This document shows, piece after piece, positions 40,036 to 49,527 of a stretch of 64,000 bases of DNA. The position numbers and the translations under genes are program-made. The notes below the pieces were generated by a model. That model was not told where the DNA came from. It ran no database searches and worked only from the letters and a program-made list of their open reading frames with translations. Position 1 is the stretch's first letter, and every line of letters starts with the position of its first letter. Origin of the DNA: Candidatus Latescibacterota bacterium (GTDB taxonomy: Bacteria; Latescibacterota; UBA2968); the NCBI GenBank assembly GCA_965204745.1, contig OZ242010.1:800001-864000 (forward strand), given 5' to 3'.

Positions 40036-40276
40036 ACTTCCAAGATACAAGAGGGGAGAGGCAAGAGGCAAGAGGTGAAAGGCAAAAAGCGAAACGCAAA
40101 AGGGGAGAGGAGTGGCCCTCTCACGTCTTGCCTCTACCTTCTCACCTTTTTTGATTGTCCTTCTTCCGTCTTGCCTCTACCTTCTCACCTTTTTTGATTG
40201 TCCTTCTCCCGTCTTACCTCTGCCTTCTCACCTTTTTGGGATGTAGGGGCGATGCTTCGCCCTAAGATACAAGAGG

Positions 40277-40407
40277 CTATCTTGGGCATGACAGGTTCCC
40301 GGTGAGAAAGGGTGCGTTTTGGAGGTGACAAACAGGCCCAATTTACGAAGGGGCCCGTCTTTTTGCAACCCCCAAACAGCGAGCAATAGCATTTATGCAA
40401 CAACGCC
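40277..40407 (-). mobile_element. Remnant left end of the same IS5/IS903-group family
   Basis: TIR ATTTATGCAACAACGCC 40391-40407 and start MPKI; homologous to 11010-11142. Confidence 0.85.
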
Positions 40408-40636
40408 CCAAGTAGAAGTAAAATTTTGCATCCTGAATCAGATTCATCATACGCATTGCATTCGAGCACTTGGTCTTGTATCTTAGACCAACTGCTGTTG
40501 GTCTAAGATGATGCAATATGCCGAGCGCGAGCGATCCCCTTGACGTTCCGCAGTCATTCAAAAATGCCATCCCAAAAGACCGTCAGATAAAACCATCACG
40601 CACAGCGTGCAAGGCCGTTTTCCATTGGAGCATACC

Positions 40637-41074
40637 GTGATTCTGAACGCCAAGGACATACAAAAAATTCTTCCGCACCGCTATCCCTTTCTGCTGGTGG
40701 ATCGCGTGACCGAATTGATCCCCGGCGAGCGGTTGGTCGCGTACAAAAATGTGGCGGCGAATGAGCCGTTCTTCCAAGGGCATTTCCCCGGCAATCCGGT
40801 CATGCCGGGCGTGCTCATCGTCGAAGCCCTCGCGCAGGCCGCGGCGATTTTGATGAGCGATGGGCGAGAGAGCGATTTGGTTCCCCTGTTCATGGGCATC
40901 GACAAAGCGCGTTTCAGACAGCAGGTCGTGCCCGGCGATCAGCTACAACTCGAAGTTGAAGTCGGGCAAAGACGCCGCAATGTGTGCAAGGGCCGCGGCA
41001 AAGCCACAGTCGATGGCAAAGTCGCCGCAGAAGCCGAATTGATGGCCCTGTTCGCGCGGCGCGAAGATCTGTAA
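40637..41074 (+). CDS. fabZ: 3-hydroxyacyl-ACP dehydratase
   Basis: [33 protein letters not shown]. Confidence 0.96.
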   Translation: MILNAKDIQKILPHRYPFLLVDRVTELIPGERLVAYKNVAANEPFFQGHFPGNPVMPGVLIVEALAQAAAILMSDGRESDLVPLFMGIDKARFRQQVVPGDQLQLEVEVGQRRRNVCKGRGKATVDGKVAAEAELMALFARREDL

Positions 41075-41106
41075 CTGAAGTCTTTCCCTGATTTTAGGAG
41101 ATTAGA

Positions 41107-42372
41107 ATGCTCAACATAGAAAACAGGACATTGTTCACCTGTGACAATTTGGACATAATGCGGGGAATCAATAGCGAAACCATTGATTTGATCTATTTGG
41201 ATCCGCCGTTTAACTCGAATCGTAACTATGCGGCGCCCATTGGTTCGCAGGCTGCTGGTGCCGCCTTCAAAGATACCTGGTCGCTTGATGATATTAAGAA
41301 GGAATGGGCAGAAGAGCTCGAGGCGAGCGATAAGGCAATTTGGGCGGCTATAACGATGGCGGGATATATCGGTGGGGAAAGCATACAAGCCTATTTGACT
41401 TATATGGCTATTCGGTTGATTGAGATACGGCGGATACTAAAAAAAACGGGGAGTATTTGGTTGCATTGTGATCCTACGGCGAGCCATTATTTGAAGGTGT
41501 TGATGGATGCCGTATTTGGGGAAAGAAGTTTCAAAAATGAAATTGTATGGCATTATCGCAGATGGACAGCCGCCTCTAAACGCTTTCAGAGAATGCATGA
41601 TATCCTTTTTTATTATACAAAAAGTGACCGGTATGTATTCACAAACCCTTTGCAGGCTTATGCCGACAAAAAATACATTGAGGATACCGTGCGAGGTATA
41701 GTTGATGGAAAGACGGTACGCTTAAAAGACGAAAAAGGTAACTATATCAAACGAAAAACCCAGAAAGGTGGTGTTTTGATGCATGATGTGTGGGAGGATA
41801 TCAATTTTATTGCCCCCACATCCAAAGAGCGTACCGGATACCCCACTCAAAAGCCTCTCGCCCTTCTTGAGCGCATTATTGAAGCCTCATCTAATGAAGG
41901 CGACGTTGTCCTTGACCCCTTTTGTGGATGTGCAACCACCTGCATTGCTGCTGAAAAACTTGGACGCCAGTGGATAGGCATTGACATAGAGCCTAAAGCG
42001 CGTGATATCGTAATAGATCGATTAAAAAAAGAGGTTGATAATTGGGGTCTTATCAAGGCGGCTGGTGGGAATCGGGCCGAAGTGATACATCACAAAAACG
42101 CGCCTAAGCGTACAGAAGAAGATGCTCCACGCCGTTCTCGTAATATCAAAGAGATACTATATTGGAAACAAGGTGGGAAATGTGCCGCGCCCTGTGGAAA
42201 AGATGGCACGGGACGAGAGTTGGATATTGATCTTTTTGAGGTTGACCACATACGCCCCAAATCTAAAGGCGGTCCTGATATTGATGAAAACTTACAACTG
42301 CTGTGCCCAACGTGTAACAGGCGAAAAGGCAATAAGACAATGCAATACTTGTTAGATGTTTTGACCAGGTGA
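41107..42372 (+). CDS. Beta-class N4/N6 DNA methyltransferase fused to an HNH endonuclease
   Basis: DPPF before LDPFCGC; YPTQKP; EVDHIRPKSKGG..NLQLLCPTCN. Confidence 0.88.
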   Translation: MLNIENRTLFTCDNLDIMRGINSETIDLIYLDPPFNSNRNYAAPIGSQAAGAAFKDTWSLDDIKKEWAEELEASDKAIWAAITMAGYIGGESIQAYLTYMAIRLIEIRRILKKTGSIWLHCDPTASHYLKVLMDAVFGERSFKNEIVWHYRRWTAASKRFQRMHDILFYYTKSDRYVFTNPLQAYADKKYIEDTVRGIVDGKTVRLKDEKGNYIKRKTQKGGVLMHDVWEDINFIAPTSKERTGYPTQKPLALLERIIEASSNEGDVVLDPFCGCATTCIAAEKLGRQWIGIDIEPKARDIVIDRLKKEVDNWGLIKAAGGNRAEVIHHKNAPKRTEEDAPRRSRNIKEILYWKQGGKCAAPCGKDGTGRELDIDLFEVDHIRPKSKGGPDIDENLQLLCPTCNRRKGNKTMQYLLDVLTR

Positions 42373-42487
42373 GTTGTGTAAAAAATAAGGAGATTATTCC
42401 TCTTCCCGACTCGGGGATGGGAATTTTTTTTATTTTTTTGACCTCCCATTCCGCTCTCCCTCCTCGCTTTGAGGAGGGAGTATTTTT

Positions 42488-44350
42488 TTATTTTTTCCGC
42501 TCCAAAACCTCCCATTCCGCGAACAGGCGATCTATTTTTTTTTGAACAGCGTCTTTTTCCGTTGCCAGTTCTTTGAGGCGATGCCAGTCTGCGGATAGGT
42601 CGTCGCGTGCCATTTCTTGGGCGAGTTGGTCGGCCTGTGCTTCTAGCGCGGTGATGGATTCTTCTAATTGAACAGCGCGGCGTTCTCGTTTTTGCTGGTG
42701 TCGCAGGGCGCGCTTGCGGGTTTGGTAGTCTTTGGGCGCGGGCCGCGTTTCCACGTCTTGCGTCAGGTGTTGATAGGCGTCGTAGTTGCCATCTATCAGT
42801 TGCCACTTGCCATCGCCGAGCACCAGCAGGCGATTGACCAAGCGATTGAGAAAATACCGGTCGTGCGAAACCGCGATCACTGTGCCCGCGAACGCCTCGA
42901 GCGCGCTTTCGAGCACCGTGCGAGCCGCGATGTCCAGGTGGTTGGTGGGTTCGTCCAAAATGAGCACATGGAGGGGCGCGCGCATCAATTTGGCCAGGGC
43001 CACGCGGCTTTGTTCCCCGCCGCTGAGTGCCCCGATTTCGCGCTCGACCTCATCTCCCGAAAACAGGAACGCGCCCAAAAACGTTCGGATCTCCTCCTCG
43101 GGCGCCTGGGGCGTGAGTGCCCAAATTTCTTCGAGCACGCGCAACTTGGGATTGAGGTCTTGCCGGGTTTGCGCGTAATAACCGATGTTGAGGCCCCTGC
43201 CCATGATCGCGCGGCCCGCGTCCGGGGCGAGTTCCCGGATGAGGATTTTCAACAGCACGGATTTGCCCGATCCATTGGGGCCTACGATGCCGAGGCGGTC
43301 GCCCCGCCACAACGTGAAATCGAGCGCGGAAAACAAGGGGCGATTGGAATAGGCTTTGGCGAGGTTCTCCACCTCCAAGACCCGATCCCCGCCCCGCGAC
43401 GCGGTGGCGAATGACAATTTGATGTCGCGCTGTTGTACGACGCGGTCGATGCGGTCGAGTTTTGCAAGTGCTTTGCGGCGGCTCTGCGCCTGTTTGGTCT
43501 TTTGCCCGGCGATGTTTCGGCGGATGTAATCTTCGGTGCGTTCGATGTACGCCTGTTGGGCGCGATAGGCTTTTTGCTGCTGGGCGCGGCGTTGTTCTTT
43601 TTGTGCGACATAAAAGGAATATGTGCCCGAATACGCTTCGATCCTGCCGCGTTCCAAGTCCGCAATTTTGGTCGCGGTGCGGTCGAGAAAGGTGCGGTCA
43701 TGCGAAATGACGACAAAGGCTTGGGCATACTCTGCGAGAAAGGATTCGAGCCATTCGATAGCCTGCAAATCGAGGTGGTTGGTCGGTTCGTCCAAGAGCA
43801 AGAGATCCGGTTCGCGGGCGAGCAACTGCGCGAGTGCCAAGCGGTTCTTTTGCCCGCCACTGAGCACGCGGGTTCGCAAATTCAAATCGGTCTCCCGAAA
43901 TCCCAAGCCAAAGAGAATGGCCTTGGCCCGCGCCTCGGTCGCGTACCCGCCCATGTGTTCGTACTGGTCTCGGAGACGCCCGTAGTCATTGAGCACGGCA
44001 TCGGACATGGCGCCATCGCCCATCAACTTTTCCAACTCGCCCAAGCGGTGCTGCAAATCCAAGAGATCGGCAAACGCATCGAGCATCGCATCCATCACGC
44101 TACACGCCGGGTCAAACGCGGGTTCCTGTGTCAAAATGCCGATGGTGATCCCGCGCTGCCGGTGCAAGTGTCCGCGGTCCGGGTCGGGCAGGATTTCTCC
44201 GGTGATGAGCCGAAACAACGTGGTCTTGCCACACCCATTCGGCCCGACAAGCCCGATGCGATCCCCCGGGTCAATCTGCCAATCAATCCCTCGCAACACG
44301 TCATACGCGCCGTAGGATTTATAGAGGTCTTTGAGTTGAATTAAGGGCAT
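42488..44350 (-). CDS. ABC-F family ATPase
   Basis: Two ABC domains (GPNGCGKT, LSGGQ, LDEPTNHLD; GPNGSGKS, LSGGE); no TM segments. Confidence 0.93.
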   Translation of the reverse strand: MPLIQLKDLYKSYGAYDVLRGIDWQIDPGDRIGLVGPNGCGKTTLFRLITGEILPDPDRGHLHRQRGITIGILTQEPAFDPACSVMDAMLDAFADLLDLQHRLGELEKLMGDGAMSDAVLNDYGRLRDQYEHMGGYATEARAKAILFGLGFRETDLNLRTRVLSGGQKNRLALAQLLAREPDLLLLDEPTNHLDLQAIEWLESFLAEYAQAFVVISHDRTFLDRTATKIADLERGRIEAYSGTYSFYVAQKEQRRAQQQKAYRAQQAYIERTEDYIRRNIAGQKTKQAQSRRKALAKLDRIDRVVQQRDIKLSFATASRGGDRVLEVENLAKAYSNRPLFSALDFTLWRGDRLGIVGPNGSGKSVLLKILIRELAPDAGRAIMGRGLNIGYYAQTRQDLNPKLRVLEEIWALTPQAPEEEIRTFLGAFLFSGDEVEREIGALSGGEQSRVALAKLMRAPLHVLILDEPTNHLDIAARTVLESALEAFAGTVIAVSHDRYFLNRLVNRLLVLGDGKWQLIDGNYDAYQHLTQDVETRPAPKDYQTRKRALRHQQKRERRAVQLEESITALEAQADQLAQEMARDDLSADWHRLKELATEKDAVQKKIDRLFAEWEVLERKK

Positions 44351-44385
44351 AAGTGAAAGGCGTAAGAGGGGAGAGGCAAGAGGGG

Positions 44386-44502
44386 AGATGGGATTTTAGC
44401 CACAAAAGGCACAAAAGGCACAAAAGGGGTACATGGCGACAGCCCGTTCAAAGGCGATCAGTGTGTAGGGGCGATGCTCTTGTGCTCGCCCAAAGATATA
44501 AG
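44386..44502 (+). mobile_element. Miniature element copy B
   Basis: AG|ATGGGATTTTAGC...REP hairpin...AAAGATATA|AG; preceded by a heptamer array. Confidence 0.65.
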
Positions 44503-44894
44503 AAGCGGTCAGCGGTCAGGCCGCCCAACCCCTTAACCCCAAGTAGTCAGTAGTCAGTAGTCAGTCCCCGCACAGCCCTTCCGCAAGTGAGACGTGAGAC
44601 GCAAGACGGGAGAGGGCCACCCAGCACCCCAAGTTGTCAGTAGTCAGTCCACCCGCCCCTAGGCCCCAAGCGACCAGCCCTAGCCCCAACCCTCAAATCG
44701 TCCCAACGCGAACGGCGATATGCCCCGTACTCTGCACTATCGTTCATGCGCGTTCATCTGTGGTTGCTTTTTGTTTTTTTCGTTGCGGAACCGGATCATA
44801 GCCCCCTTTGGCAAACGGATGGCAACAGGCGATGCGGCGCAAGGTCAAAGCGAGGGCGAATGCAAAGGAGTGGCGGCGGAAGGCTTCGAGGGCG

Positions 44895-45540
44895 TAGTGC
44901 AGAGGCGTTGGTAGGCGCGCTTTGGGGTCTCATCGTGCAAAACGAGTTTGAGGGCTTGGCCTTCCAAGTATGCAATTCGGCGTTTGAGGTGTCGAATATG
45001 CACCTGAATATCGCGTGCGATGAGGTGTGTGCTCCGGATGTGGTAGCTCTGCGCGTGGCTACGGTTCTGTTCGCGGCTGATCTCCTGCTTGAGATTGTCA
45101 AAGGTCACTTGCTTGATGGTTTGTCCAGGCATGGACAGGGCAACGGACAACGTACGGGCACTGACATCAATGCCTGCAAAAACGGGTTGAAATTTCGACA
45201 GAGGGGCCTCCTGTGCAGGCCAAGTCCGCGACTTGCAGGCCGACGAGGGACTGTTGAAATTTCGACAGAGGGGCCTCCTGTGATGAGGGGGTTGTAAGGG
45301 ATCTGGTGTGCAATCGAGTTCGCGTCCCGACACCTTTTCGCGCCAAGTCTACCGACCTTGTATATGCAGCCTCAATGGACTTAGATACGCTTCGGCATAG
45401 ACCCGGTGGTCGGGGGGCCTATCTCCCGTACAAGGTCATCGCTTTCAAGGGGGGACGGCCTTCCCCGAGCCGGGCATCAAGATGTCGTGTCTCGATACGA
45501 GGGCGCAACACCTAATTAACCCTTAATCCCAAGATACAAG
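44895..45540 (-). pseudogene. Degraded IS110 copy retaining its non-coding (bridge RNA) end
   Basis: Highly similar to the 38757-40051 element; start ATG>CTG, internal deletion, 3' part absent, 29-bp duplication; ends AAGATACAAG. Confidence 0.88.
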
Positions 45541-45572
45541 ACGATTCTCAACGCAAGCCCGGTTCTCCACCT

Positions 45573-46267
45573 GTCTCAATTCCATAGTGGTTCGATTAAA
45601 AGTACCGCACCGCCTCGTCGAGGGCATCGGTGCGGCTGAGTTTCAATTCCATAGTGGTTCGATTAAAAGGGAAAGGATATAACCCAGCATGTGTTCGTAT
45701 TCCTCAGTTTCAATTCCATAGTGGTTCGATTAAAAGTTAGAGCCGGGGGTTGACCAAAAGCACCTTGACCAGGTTTCAATTCCATAGTGGTTCGATTAAA
45801 AGGCGCAGAGACCTGCGCGGCCACGGACGGACAGACGATGTTTCAATTCCATAGTGGTTCGATTAAAAGTGCTCCCTCACGATGTCCGAATGATGGGGGG
45901 ACCATCGTTTCAATTCCATAGTGGTTCGATTAAAAGCCATCCCCAGCGCTGCGCGCTCACCGCTCAGGTTGGTTTCAATTCCATAGTGGTTCGATTAAAA
46001 GGAGGCATGAACCGCATCTACGGAAAGCCCGCACCGAGTTTCAATTCCATAGTGGTTCGATTAAAAGAGCAAAGCAACTCAGGCTACAAACGTTTTTTTT
46101 TAAGATGTTTCAATTCCATAGTGGTTCGATTAAAAGTCAGGACGGAACGATCAACAAGACGGGCTTTTACGGGTTTCAATTCCATAGTGGTTCGATTAAA
46201 AGACATGCGGCCTGGGCTAAATACGTCGGCAAGCATGGTTTCAATTCCATAGTGGTTCGATTAAAAG
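45573..46267 (-). CRISPR. Type I-B CRISPR array: 11 repeats of 30 bp and 10 spacers, plus a 36-nt orphan spacer 46268-46303
   Basis: Plus-strand repeat GTTTCAATTCCATAGTGGTTCGATTAAAAG (minus strand ends ATTGAAAC); variant terminal repeat at 45573; spacers 35-39 nt. Confidence 0.97.
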
Positions 46268-46303
46268 GCGTAACCACTTCCGGAGACAGCGAGGTATCTA
46301 TAG

Positions 46304-47382
46304 TAGGACTTACGCCATGGTCATTGGTATCGCCGGTGTTTTGAGTTGTTGTCTCAAATAGTCCTCCCATAAGCCATGTTTGACTTGATAGATGGTTTGT
46401 CCAGTCTGATAGGCGACTTGGGTCAGTCGTCCCCAAACGAGAAAGGCACACGCGATGTGGTTTCGCACAATGCGTGCCAATCGGCATTGACACTTTTCAA
46501 GTCCCGTTACCTGTTTTGCTTCCCGGTGAACTTGCTCAATCTTCCAACGCAAGTGGCACACCGCTTGTGCCACCGACGGGTCGGTTTGAGTCAAGTCGTT
46601 GGTTACGATATACGCCGTGCGTCCCATAACAGACGCGACCCGGAATACGTTCACCTTGTGGTTTTTGGGGAACCCTCTGAGTTTAATGCGTTTCCCTGTG
46701 GCCTGTTCGCGTTTTGTCCAAGTTAAGGCATCAACCCGTTGATAGGGATTTACACCTGCCGAATCGTCCACGAGGCGATTCTTTTTGATAGGACAGGAAT
46801 AGGTCTTTTGCAAGTGCTCAATGTGAAGCATGACTGCTTTCGTGGCATACCAAGTCAACATCACCACCCGCTCAAAAGGCAACTTTTTGTGATAGACCAA
46901 GAGCGACAACATCTCTTTGACGTGGTCTAACTTGGTTTTTCCATCCCCTTGCGGATCGTAAATGCGATAGTCAATCAGCCAAAACCGATCTTGAATCGGA
47001 TTGACATACACACACGTCACCACACCGATCCCCGAGATGACCCCCTTCGCATTGCCACTGTATTGCCGACGCACGAGGGCCATCTTTTTCGCATAGCGCT
47101 TATCTAAGACCGTGTCATCAAAGAGAATCACGCCCTTTGCGGTCGACGTGAGGTGGGGTTTGACGTTTTCCCAGATCACGCGCGGCGAGACGCGATCCCC
47201 ACCCAGATAGCGGTTGAGCATATCATGCGTGAACCTGTCGCTGTGATCTGCGAAATGAGTCAGGGTATAGTTGAGCGGACTGCTAAGCAAATACTGGCAG
47301 TAATCCAGGCGTGTTGGTTTCGCCATACAGACCTCCAAAGTGAGGATGGGGGGGCGATCCCGTTCTTTTTTTGTAAGTCCTA
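46304..47382 (-). mobile_element. IS701-family insertion sequence
   Basis: TIR TAGGACTTAC / GTAAGTCCTA; no matching TSD. Confidence 0.88.
46310..47326 (-). CDS. IS701 family transposase
   Basis: FDDTVLDK, QYSGN, RWKIEQVHREAKQ..G; GGAGG RBS. Confidence 0.88.
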   Translation of the reverse strand: MAKPTRLDYCQYLLSSPLNYTLTHFADHSDRFTHDMLNRYLGGDRVSPRVIWENVKPHLTSTAKGVILFDDTVLDKRYAKKMALVRRQYSGNAKGVISGIGVVTCVYVNPIQDRFWLIDYRIYDPQGDGKTKLDHVKEMLSLLVYHKKLPFERVVMLTWYATKAVMLHIEHLQKTYSCPIKKNRLVDDSAGVNPYQRVDALTWTKREQATGKRIKLRGFPKNHKVNVFRVASVMGRTAYIVTNDLTQTDPSVAQAVCHLRWKIEQVHREAKQVTGLEKCQCRLARIVRNHIACAFLVWGRLTQVAYQTGQTIYQVKHGLWEDYLRQQLKTPAIPMTMA

Positions 47383-47525
47383 AGATGGTCAAAAAAATCG
47401 GCCTCACCGGAAATTTCCGAGAGAAACCCCATCGCGTCTCTCATGCTGAAAAAGACCGCGAGGCAGTTTTCAGTGTGTTCCCACAGGGTTTCAGGTGGGG
47501 CACTTTTGGCGAGCAGGTCTGTCAT
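47383..47525 (-). pseudogene. cas3: 5' fragment of cas3 (start of HD domain), truncated by IS701
   Basis: MTDLLAKS..ETLWEHT directly after cas5; breaks at the IS end. Confidence 0.8.
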
Positions 47526-47528
47526 CGT

Positions 47529-48161
47529 TCACCTCGACTTTTCGTGCAAATACACCCCCCAGCCCTTGCCCATGTCTTGCAGTGCCGCGCCGCGATACGC
47601 AACGCGCTCGGTCAGCATGTAAAACGGACGGATGCCTTGCGGGCGGCGGGGGCGTTCTCGCGTAAAATGCGTTGGCAACGCTTGTAGTTGACCGTAAATC
47701 TGTTCATTCGGAAATGGCAGAAGCGTATCGCAATACGTGGTTTCAGAGACTTCTTGCAACTCGACCTCTGCAATGGATACGACCGTTGCCAATTCCGTTG
47801 AACGCCCCAACAACAAGGGATAATGCGGCACTTCGAGATGCGGCCTGAGCCACAGCGCGGATGTGTACAGATAGAGTTCTGGCGAAACGAGAAATTCGCG
47901 TTTGCAGATATTCGGTTTTGCCTTCAGCCGCGTTTGATCAAATTCGTACACCGTTTCCAAGTCGATGGCTTTGCCTCGGCTTTGAAAGACAAACCCGATG
48001 GGTGCGTCGTCGGGTGTCACCCAATCGCCTCTCGCTGCGGACAGCAAGCCGTAGAGGGTCGAAAGCGGCGGTACGGGGAGTGTGGGTTGCAATCCACTGA
48101 TAAACAATGGGTTGCGGAACGATGCGACCCATCCGCTGATGTGAACGCGAAGGACTTTCAT
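47529..48161 (-). CDS. cas5: Type I-B Cas5
   Basis: WVASFRNP..QPTLPVPPLSTLYGLLSAA; LLLGRS. Confidence 0.93.
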   Translation of the reverse strand: MKVLRVHISGWVASFRNPLFISGLQPTLPVPPLSTLYGLLSAARGDWVTPDDAPIGFVFQSRGKAIDLETVYEFDQTRLKAKPNICKREFLVSPELYLYTSALWLRPHLEVPHYPLLLGRSTELATVVSIAEVELQEVSETTYCDTLLPFPNEQIYGQLQALPTHFTRERPRRPQGIRPFYMLTERVAYRGAALQDMGKGWGVYLHEKSR

Positions 48162-49150
48162 CGCGCCTCTCCAAAGTGGGCTGAAAGTTTTGTTGCCAAC
48201 TGCGAGACGACCCGATTGGGCGAATCGTAGATCACCGAGTCGGATTGTGCCAACTCGCGCAAGTCGTCATCCCGTTCATCCATAAATCCCGCCCGGCGAC
48301 CGATGTAAATGGGTTCGAGAAAACGGCTGTCGTAATCGGCGATCACCTGCCGCAGTGCCGCAACGCTTAGCTCGCCCTGTCCGTCGCGCTCGACCATCAG
48401 GTTCATGAAGGGATGATTGCCGCCCTCGAGAACCGACAGGACGATCAACTTCGGGGTTATGTCGGTCAGGTGTGAGGTCAATTTCGCGCCGCCGCTCAAC
48501 ACGGGCAATGCCTCGAGCGTTTGCTGGCAACGCCGCACGCGGATGTCGCGTGGCAAAACCCAGGGCGCGTTTTTATCCGATTGCTGCCCGCCCGCGGCTT
48601 TGATGGTTGGGAGGTGGCTAGCGGCGATGTTTTTGTACCCCGTCTTGTCGATGTTGTAGAATGCCCCGACCGCATCGAGGTCGAGCGAAAAAATGCCTTT
48701 GAGCACACAGGCATAAAACTGATGTTCGTAGGGAACCGGGTCGCCTTCATGCCGCGCCATCACGCCAAAATCATTCGTGGGCGCCTGCGGCGCAATGGCG
48801 ATCAATGGAGAACATTTGAGCGGCGAGAGTCGCGTCAAGGTCTCTTTTTTAACGGCCTTCATGTACCCAAAAACGTCATCGTCATCATAGAGGATGGGAT
48901 CGGCAGCGGTGAAGGCGATCTTCTTTTCCCGTTCAATCGGCGAAAGTGCCCAATCGAACTCCTCGCCCAAGGTGGTTCGCCACCAATTCCGCCACGCCTG
49001 CCCGGAAACATAAGGGTACGCGGCTTTCCCTTTGCGAAGCGTTTTGACGACCACGATGTTTTCCGTCGCTTGCGACGCTTCGGTTCCCGCGTTGTTGAGC
49101 GCGGAGTGCGGGGCGTCGATGAGCACCAGTCCGATGAGATGTTTCGACAT
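48158..49150 (-). CDS. cas7: Type I-B Cas7 (Cst2/DevR)
   Basis: ALNNAG, YVSGQAWR, DDDVFGYM, TRLSPL. Confidence 0.92.
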   Translation of the reverse strand: MSKHLIGLVLIDAPHSALNNAGTEASQATENIVVVKTLRKGKAAYPYVSGQAWRNWWRTTLGEEFDWALSPIEREKKIAFTAADPILYDDDDVFGYMKAVKKETLTRLSPLKCSPLIAIAPQAPTNDFGVMARHEGDPVPYEHQFYACVLKGIFSLDLDAVGAFYNIDKTGYKNIAASHLPTIKAAGGQQSDKNAPWVLPRDIRVRRCQQTLEALPVLSGGAKLTSHLTDITPKLIVLSVLEGGNHPFMNLMVERDGQGELSVAALRQVIADYDSRFLEPIYIGRRAGFMDERDDDLRELAQSDSVIYDSPNRVVSQLATKLSAHFGEAR

Positions 49151-49152
49151 GG

Positions 49153-49527
49153 TTAAACCTCCTCATTTTCGTCGTTTGTGAGCGTTTCAATTTCGTCATC
49201 TTCTTTGACGAAACCGCTCTCTTTCAACCAATTGTGGAGTTGTTCGTAAATTCTAAAGACCAACAAATCCCGGGTTTCTCGCCACAATGTCATCTGATCC
49301 GCCGATTCTGGAAACAGATGTGTGACGTAATCATCCAGCAAAAAAAGCGGGTCTTCTTCGCCCTGCCTCAGGCGGTCTCGAATCACGAATCGCAGAACAT
49401 TTCGACATACGCCATAGCTGTTGGCGCGTTCGAGTTGTCTAAGGCGGAGGTCCCTTTCGTCTTTGCGAATGCTCTTTGCAATTGCGTCGCCGACCTCCTT
49501 GATGGCATTGAGCCTCAATTCATCCAC
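49153..49527 (-). CDS. cas11: Putative internally translated Cas11 small subunit (124 aa)
   Basis: AAGGAGG-N8-GTG in frame within cas8. Confidence 0.6.
   Translation of the reverse strand: MDELRLNAIKEVGDAIAKSIRKDERDLRLRQLERANSYGVCRNVLRFVIRDRLRQGEEDPLFLLDDYVTHLFPESADQMTLWRETRDLLVFRIYEQLHNWLKESGFVKEDDEIETLTNDENEEV

Larger units (their letters stand above)
38757..40051 (-). mobile_element. Complete IS110-family element inserted in a G(N)2AGAG heptamer array
   Basis: Core AG (CT on the coding strand) at 38757-58 and 40050-51; no TIRs; heptamer array on both flanks. Confidence 0.9.

Noticed and set aside
45854-46344. ORFs of 132 and 79 aa
   Set aside because: Read-through of CRISPR repeats
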